From Antedon mediterranea (lineage: Eukaryota; Animalia; Echinodermata), in contig NC_092679.1 in NCBI RefSeq assembly GCF_964355755.1, positions 15,049,432 through 15,113,431 on the forward strand: a stretch of 64,000 nucleotides of DNA. The letters run 5' to 3'. Below, one piece after another: positions 56,601 to 64,000 of this stretch; position 1 is the stretch's first letter, and every line of letters begins with the position of its first letter. The position numbers and the translations under genes were made by a program. The notes below the pieces were generated by a model. That model saw only the letters and a list, made by a program, of their open reading frames with translations. It made no database searches and was not told the origin of the DNA.

Positions 56601-59600
56601 CTACTATACAAAGCTAGGCCCACCATATGTCATAGAACAGAAGTACTTCAAAATACCAATGTAATATAACCAGGCCTACGAACAAAAACATGAAACAAAA
56701 CTAGGATTATACTTGTCTCACTAAATTGCAAGATTTTCTTTTCAGATTTGGAAGATTTTGCAAGTAATTATGAATAAGAATGTTTATTAAGTAACTGATT
56801 ATGTTGACGACACTTAAGACACGTAGTAAGGATGGTAAAAGATTAATACAAGTATTTCGGATGAATGGCTCAATATTTTAGGTCGTACAGCCGGTTAGTT
56901 GTATTCAGCGCATTTTTATTTAGAAAATTGAAATAAAAAAGGATTGAATTAATTTCTTTATTTATTTGTATTTATTTGTCATGCCATCTCTTTATTTTGA
57001 GGTACATGTTAGCTTTACTTGTTTATTTATTCTTTATACTGTGACTGTTTTTTCCTTTTCTGATTTTTGCTATAAATCTATTTTACCTTTTATTTAAAAA
57101 AAAATGTATTTATTTTCAAGATAATTGATAAAAGATTCTCAAAGTAAAGGTCTCAACACTATTTACGTACTAAAAGTTTATTTTGTTGTTAATATTAAAG
57201 GTTGTACTAAAGTAAAGGACTTTATTGTAATGTATTGTACCTTAATCTATGACAAGATCAAATGATAATATGAATTGAAATTCCTGAAATTTAAAAATCA
57301 CAATACATACATGGCAGCTATCAATCACTTCGTTTTACTTTATTAATTATCTTAAGGTTTAATTGAAGTTTGTTTTTTCCTATTTAGTCTTCTCTAATCT
57401 TATCAACACCTTTAATCTAATCTTATCAACACCTTTATTTTACAGTCTAAATCCCTTAATATTCCTGATCAATTAAGTATGTAATTAATTAATGCTACTA
57501 AATAGGAGACTCATCGTTTGGCCATCATAGAATGTTAATCCTGATTTTCTAGCCACTTGTCATTCTTTGTAAACCCTGGCTGAGAGGTACTTTGAAACCC
57601 TTTAGAGCGTAGATAAGATGGCCTAGGCAGCTTGAAGATACAGTACATTATATGTACACTGGCAGAATAGAGAGCCCTTGGTAGAAGAGTGTTTCAAATG
57701 AAAGCTAGTACTTAGGAGTACAGAATAGAATGATACAAGCGCTTGGCAAGGATAATTCAAGTGCCCATTGCTTTTACTTCAGTTACCTTCAGAATGATTT
57801 CTTGTGCTGTGGCGTTAATGGTTTTTAAAATTAACATGTTGATTCTATTGTCCATCGCCCAATTTTCCCAATTATGAGCTGACGAGTTAAGATGGAGTCG
57901 TAATGAACAAAACAAAGAGAATATAAAACTTGTATATGGTAGGCTTTTAGTGCTTACATGAATTTAAAGTTAATAATAAAACTGTTTTGTATATTCCACC
58001 ATTCTTTGATGGCTACCAGTGTTGTTTATCAGTAAGGAAAACTTGCCAATAACAAATATTACATAACATTGATTAAGGTTCAAAGGATCTAATAATTAAA
58101 TAACGACAATCTAGAAATAAATTGTTAAAAAATTATTGAGTCGAGTTGAACGCTTATAGCAGAAGCACCGCAATCCAAATTCAGTGTATCTGTCTCATGT
58201 AAAGAACCCAGTGCATGTTTCGAAATAGTAGGCGGTTACCCCTGTGTACCGGTCCATCTGTGCCCCTGTCGTGTTGTCCACACCTGTACGCATTTCAGCC
58301 CAGTTTGACTGCTAGAGACAGATTATCTCCCCACCCTCCACAAGTTTGTCGAATTTACGAAGCAGGATGACGACTTGAACAAATGATTTACATTTATTTG
58401 CTAGGTCATTTGAAAACTTCCTATCTTCACTTTTATTGTGCAAATAAACATCATCAAAATTGTGGTCAAATAGGCAAACTTGCATGTAATATCACCTAAG
58501 ATATATCATCATATAAATCACCTGAATATAAAATGTATTATTTTACTAATTAGCATATTTGTTTACATTGTTGTAATTGCCTAGGTAAACATTTGATATA
58601 GATACTGTCAATCAGCTTACTATTAACCTGTCAGTCACAGACTATTCTATTAATTGAATCTCTTGGATTAAAACAGCCTTGTATATACTAGATACCGGTC
58701 CTGCCTTTCTGTCGATTTAAGCACGGTTCTCATACGTGGCCTTCTCAGTATACTAACCAAATATTTTAATTTACCACTTGATAGGGTGTTCTATTCTTCC
58801 TTAACATCCCCATTCAAAATAGTTTATTTGCCTGCTACTTTGGAGTATTGTTAGGTAGTAAGTGTTGTTTTTAGTTAATTCCAGTTGCAAAAATAATCTG
58901 AAGTTTTTGGGTTTATTTTGTGTGTGTTGTATAGTTGTAAATGTACTTTGCATAAATTTATATTATATATATTTTAACTAAAATAAATGGTATAGGAAAG
59001 GGAGTTTAAAAACTAAACTAATTGGAGTGATCTGAGATTCAAACTTGCATTCTTATACTAATAGAATTTATAGGTAGTTTAGAAAATAGAAAAATAGTAA
59101 TAATTAAAAGAAAAAAAACTTATTTGTTCCTCTACTGTTTTTTTTAAAGGCAATCTCTAACCAGAAAAAGGTTGTTTTGACAGAGAGGTTGGAAAATCTA
59201 AAAAGAATGGTTGCCTTTTACATTCATTTTTTCCCCATATTTCTTCACCTTGGTGGTTTCATTGTTATATTTTTGTTCTTTTACGGGTTTATTAGGTTGC
59301 CCATCGGGACACACCATTGAACCTTGGGCAACTGAATCTGCAAGCACTGCCTCTCCTCCTCACCCTTGTATTTAAAAAAAAAAACATTTGAAGGTAAACC
59401 GATTAGCAATAACTATTAAACTTCAAGAAATATGATTTTTAATCCCGATTACTACGAATATGAACTTAGGATTTTGAAAGGAAGAATATTAATCCAACAA
59501 CTAAAATCTTGTGGATTAAAGAGAATAAAGACATTTAAAATATTAATATTTTTACACCAGCTCAGCTAGGCTTAGATTATTAAATTCATTGTTGATATTT

Positions 59601-61694
59601 AAAAAAGCTTCCAAATTATAACACTGTCAGTGTTAAGATTGTGATTTAGTTTTTTACTTACTAATATTTTATATAAGATTGAGAAACAGCTGAACCACTG
59701 ATACTCACATCATTGTCATTTTTTGAGTAATTTGCTTTTGGAATAATGAATAAATATAATAAGATATAGAATCTGTAATATAGATTATGTAAACATAGTA
59801 TTATATGAATTAGAATTTATTTAATTATTTTATAATTTTTACAAAAATGTCCTAGTAATATAGTTAACTTAATTTGCATGCACTATATCTCATAAAATGT
59901 CACCCTCTGGTGTTTGTGTTGATCATTAACCCTTACATTACATAAAAAAACTATTAAACCTTAAATTAGTAAATATTACATTATTCGAATATATTTAAAT
60001 TAGGTTAGTTGCGTTGGCAGCATTGTATACAAAATAATTCCTCCTGATATCAAATCACAATTTAGAGTATGTTATCGCAAACGTTGCTAGGTAGTTGAGG
60101 GAAACTTTTCGACAGTCTGTAAAAGATATAGAAAAAGGATAAATAAAGGAGAGATAGGGAGTAATATTTGGTAGACAACCTGGCTGACATGGTCAGATAG
60201 AACCACGAAAATATGTCACTACAAATATTAGGTATTCAAATGCAGACCTTAATTTTGCCGTTGAATGACGTTTGTACTGATTTTTGTATATTGTGTAACT
60301 TTTTAATTTATTGTTAATAATGTATTTATATAGCGTAAATTCAATATGTTAAAATGATGCTTTTATTGAAGCTGTTGACTCGGGTAGGGCACGTGTATAT
60401 GAACAACAATGGATGTATTGTTTTTAAGATAGTTAGCGTGCACTGCTAATCATGATAAGACTGCTTTTCTGTCTCTACCGTGAACCTGTATACAGGGCGG
60501 AGCCACGATTTTGTAAACAGAGGAGCGCTAACATATAAATATGTAGTCTGTCAACATAGGTATAAGAAATAAGTTCATAATTTCATTTTATCTTTCAAAA
60601 GGGTGAAGCATGTACCCCAAGCAATACCCCTTCCACAGGATCTGCCTGTGCTAACCCAATAGCCACTGTTCCTTTCTGTGAGCTTGTAAACATTTATAAG
60701 ATCTGACACTAGCCTAAATTGATAAGTTGAACGAACATGTTTTACTTCTTTCTTAGTTTGAAAAACTTTTCTTTGATAGAGATTTTATAGCATTTTAAAT
60801 AAATCTATAAGTTTTAGTTAACTTGTAAAATTCAATACATCCATACATCAAACCATATAAAAAGAAAATCACTATTGTGCGCTACAAAATTTGCGGATAC
60901 AGAATTCACCCAAACTATCTATACTGCTAATTATAAATCACATCTGACTGTGGCCATGGTCTCTTGTCTTGGAGATATTAAACGCAGTGTGGAATGTTAA
61001 GAGAAGGTGATTGCAATGTTTTAAAATGGATTATACGCGATCAGATATATTGTATGGCGTGTAATTTGTGGATTAAATTGATTTAAGGGGATAAAAAGGA
61101 AGGATTATGTAGTTGTAAACTTACATTGTTTTTATTTATGATTTTTAAACTTTATGATATATTGTGTTATTGCCAACTTATAACTTGTTTTTAGTAGTGT
61201 CTTAATAGAATGCTATGGGAAAGCCCCAAACAGTCTTTAGAAAAGATAATTCAATTTTTTTTTTTATTTGAGATATTTTAACATTTTTATTTTATGATAA
61301 GCACAATAATTAAAAAGTTGAAAATCTTATTTATCAAAAAAAACACCTTTATTTGTATTGAGTGATATTGAGCATTGTGCCCATAGTATATTATTGTAGT
61401 CTCAAAGTAGATTTATATTGTTTTGTTTTTGATTTGTACTTGAAGGTACTGTAGGATCTAAGTCTACAATATCAATTGATTTGTACACAGTATCATGTCT
61501 AGCGACAATAAACAGCCTGGAGTATATGTGTCTGCAGCTACGGCAACAGACCTATCCATAGACCAAATTGTAGCATCTAATCTCGCTATAAAAAAGCATC
61601 AAGGGGGTCTAACCCTGTTCTACCAATTGGGAAGGGATGTAACCAGTCATTCAAACAGCTGGTTTACAGAAAAGCGTTGAGTGCTGTATAGACT

Positions 61695-61971
61695 GAGAGC
61701 GTGTGGCGTAGTGTTGAATGTTGGACTTCTGGTTGCAAGATCCAATGCATAGTCATTGCATTGCCTGTGTCCTTAGGCAAAACACATACTTATGTTTTCC
61801 TTGCTCCACCCAGGTGTATAAATGGGTACCTGGTTAAGTCAAAGTACCAACTGCGCTTATTACTATCTGTAACATTGTGGAAGTATGTTTCCATACCTGT
61901 TTGATAAAAATAATAGAGGCAATAATGTGAAAAGCGCCATTTGAACATATGGAATTTGCGCTATGTAAATT
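61695..61971 (+). mobile_element. Degenerate tRNA-derived SINE with conserved core and L2-like tail
   Basis: A box TGGCGTAGTG; core GTGTCCTTAGGCAA...TCCACCCAGGTGTATAAATGGGTACC; tail TGTGAAAAGCGCC..TTGAAC...GCGCTATGTAAAT. Confidence 0.6.
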
Positions 61972-62680
61972 AACAAGGCCATATAGATGGCTGCAGTTGC
62001 GTGCTCATTAGTGCTTACCGACCGACCGACCAATCTACCAACTGACCGAAATTACTGAACATGTTTAAAAATGTTGAAATGTTTAAAAACATTTATATTT
62101 TTTTAATTTACACGTGCGTAGCCTATGACTTTTGACGTGCTCGTATAACGTAATTTTGAGTTGAAAAGTAAGTCAAGAAAACAGAAATCGGGCAAAAAGA
62201 GTGCGCAACAACATTTAACGCGCAGTGCGCGCGCAAAAATCTGCGCACTCGTGGCAATTTTGTAAACGTTTAAAATTGCCTGAAACGTACTCTTATTTCA
62301 TCGAAAATATATTTTGAAAATTTAAGCGCGCGTACGCATGCGTTACATGCGCTACGCACGTAATTGTATTGCCATATGATGATTTATGCCCTGAAATTTA
62401 TGAGTACCAAATTTTATTTAATTGTGATTCATGGTTGTGAAGATATGATTACAAACGTGATTTTGTTAAATCGTGCGTAGACCGCGTAATTTTTTATTGC
62501 GCACCGTGAAAACATAACCACATCGATTCCTGGCCATAAGGAATATATTGTGAAAAATTGACTTAGCTAGATTAAACTGATATCAAGATAAGGTCAGAAA
62601 GCGATAAAACGCATAGTGACCGACAGACAGACCGACCGACCGACATAGTGAACTATAGAGTCGCGTCCATGCGACTAAAA
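61972..62680 (+). mobile_element. Long copy of the same HINE-like family
   Basis: Same 5' and 3' ends as 22888-23032, with ~550 bp of extra CpG-rich interior. Confidence 0.65.
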
Positions 62681-64000
62681 ATCCTAGGTATTTAGGTGTT
62701 GGGTACTTGTCGTCAGTTTATACGATACTACAGACTGTTTTTTGTCAGCAGACATGATATTGCAGACTGTTTGTTGTCACTAGACATGATACTTTTACGT
62801 GTATCGAGTAATGGAAAGGCAGATGTGTAGGTACTACTGTGTTTACATAACTGACTGACAATCAATATCTGTGACAGGCTTGTGTCTACGATCATCAATA
62901 TTTAATGATAGTAACAATCATTATCTTCCAATTCATACTCGAAAGGTCACGGTTAATTTAAGTGGTGTTACGACTTCTGTATCTCAATCGGTTGTAGACG
63001 AATATGTTGATCGAACCATAGTTATCGGTTAGCCAATATGGCGCTGTCTTGATCATTGGGGTGCCTAGTTCAAGTGGAGCCTAGTGTAGATTAGGGTATG
63101 GAGTCAATATATAATCAATATATGGGATCTTTAGTGGTAGACCAAGAGCATGTTAAATTGGTTTAGCTGAAGTGTGTACTAAGGTATTTTGTAGTAGGTA
63201 CTTTATCTGTAAGTGAAGTGCTACTGAATTACTGTACAATAATATGGGCTCGTAGGAATTTCACTATAATACAGTAGTATGTACATAATCAATTTAAATA
63301 GTTATTTGTTTTAAAGTGAGGTTTTCTTAATTAGACATATATTTATCCATAATCCTTCTAATTGGACAGATATTTTCCCCTAGGTAATTTTACTGTATAC
63401 ATTGAGAATACCAAGTAATTCTCCGGTGGGACTTGAACATACAACCTCCATGTCACAAACCTGTCAAAAATAAAACAACATATTTGGCTAGATACACTAT
63501 TATATGCAATAACAAACATTTAAATTATTATATCCAAAATACTTTTAAAAAATCTTAAAATACTAGAAAAATAATATAAAACTAAACCAGACTAAATATA
63601 TTTTATAGTATTGTAACAGAATATAATATTGCTTCTAATTTAGGTTAAATTTGGACACAATACTTTGGCAAATCCAAATTTCAAAAGAGAATTATATATT
63701 TAAAAGTACAGTATTAAGTTTATAAATGTTGCCCTTATTTATTTATGTATTAACTATTTATTCTTCAGGGGCTGAACTTGATTATTTATGACTATATTGT
63801 AGCTCTTCCCTTGGTATATTATGTTTCAATGTTTATAACTTATTTCTGGATAATATAAGATAGAAAGAAAGTATATTGCAACCTCCCCTCCAATTTTTTT
63901 CCACATTTTGTACCCAGGCCCTCTGAAACTTTGATCATACTGTTAAGCCCATACTGAAACTGACCCTAAAAAAGAATTAATTTGTAGATAAACATAATAT

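Overview
This is an AT-rich, intron-rich animal genomic window. It is probably from an invertebrate deuterostome such as an echinoderm (inferred from Deu-type SINEs and gene structure), not a prokaryote. Four protein-coding genes were reconstructed by hand from GT-AG splice sites with consistent phases. (1) An EML5/EML6-like triple-TAPE microtubule-associated protein on the minus strand: 26 exons and about 1570 codons from ATG 22269 to 430, continuing off the left edge. (2) Nested antisense in its largest intron, a spliced, intact BED-finger/hAT-transposase-derived gene of about 764 aa. It has lost the second catalytic Asp and the CxxH motif, so it is a likely domesticated ZBED-type gene. (3) A two-exon type I membrane protein with signal peptide, extracellular Kelch repeats and a YxxL tail (24504-26213), head-to-head with EML. 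(4) XRN2/Rat1 on the plus strand: 27 exons traced from 28133 to 48719, stop codon not located, including an 18-nt microexon that carries an active-site Asp. Introns and the gene-poor last 15 kb hold a truncated L2-like LINE, Deu-domain tRNA SINEs, a 5S-derived element, several MITE families, Helentron-like elements and tandem repeats. TAGGCCTA clusters around the promoters, and TACWGTA motifs that look like transposon excision footprints are common.
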